From: a virus
Taxonomy: Duplodnaviria; Caudoviricetes
Length of the DNA stretch: 56,975 nt
Direction: 5' to 3' (one strand)
Virus record (IMG/VR): IMGVR_UViG_3300034093_002880
Location: 1-56,975 of that record
This document shows, one piece after another, positions 56,955 to 56,975 of the stretch (the stretch's first letter is position 1; each line of letters starts with the position of its first letter). The translations under genes were made by a program, and so were the position numbers. The notes under the pieces were generated by a model that saw only the letters and a program-made list of their open reading frames with translations, was not told where the DNA came from and did not search any database.

Positions 56955-56975
56955 GAGTTATTTTAATTTTCTTTT

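Noticed and set aside
1-56975. Stop-codon reassignment, introns/inteins, diversity-generating retroelement
   Set aside because: The standard code gives dense full-length genes; no split motifs, reverse transcriptase or adenine-variable repeat pair was seen

Overview
Segment of a large, AT-rich dsDNA tailed phage (myovirus-type; distant T4-like baseplate and late-sigma homologues), mostly on the minus strand. No tRNA, rRNA, CRISPR array or integrase was seen. Left to right: (1) collagen-like (Gly-Thr-Ser)n fibre genes; (2) a fused Mre11-Rad50 (SbcD-SbcC), a primase and a RuvC-like resolvase; (3) a baseplate module (gp6-, gp7-, gp25- and gp5-like); (4) a gp55-like late sigma factor, peptide deformylase and an HD hydrolase; (5) five glycosyltransferases (GT60 GlcNAc-transferase, two fucosyltransferase-like, HtrL-like) next to two Pro/Thr-linker proteins, then PhoH; (6) a 41.7-52.8 kb cluster of probable capsid-packaged effector proteins (ADP-ribosyltransferase-like, PcfJ/GNAT-like, helical repeats) with short leaders ending in hydrophobic-x-Glu, including a duplicated divergent leader-promoter-leader cassette; (7) an abrupt switch at about 53 kb through a palindrome and G-tract locus into GC-richer single-gene modules (DUF932, small HTH proteins) separated by repeated ~400-bp hairpin-rich intergenic elements. 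A strand-following TAyTTAT(A) motif precedes most virion-type genes and is the candidate late promoter. All family assignments come from motifs recognised by eye; no searches were run.
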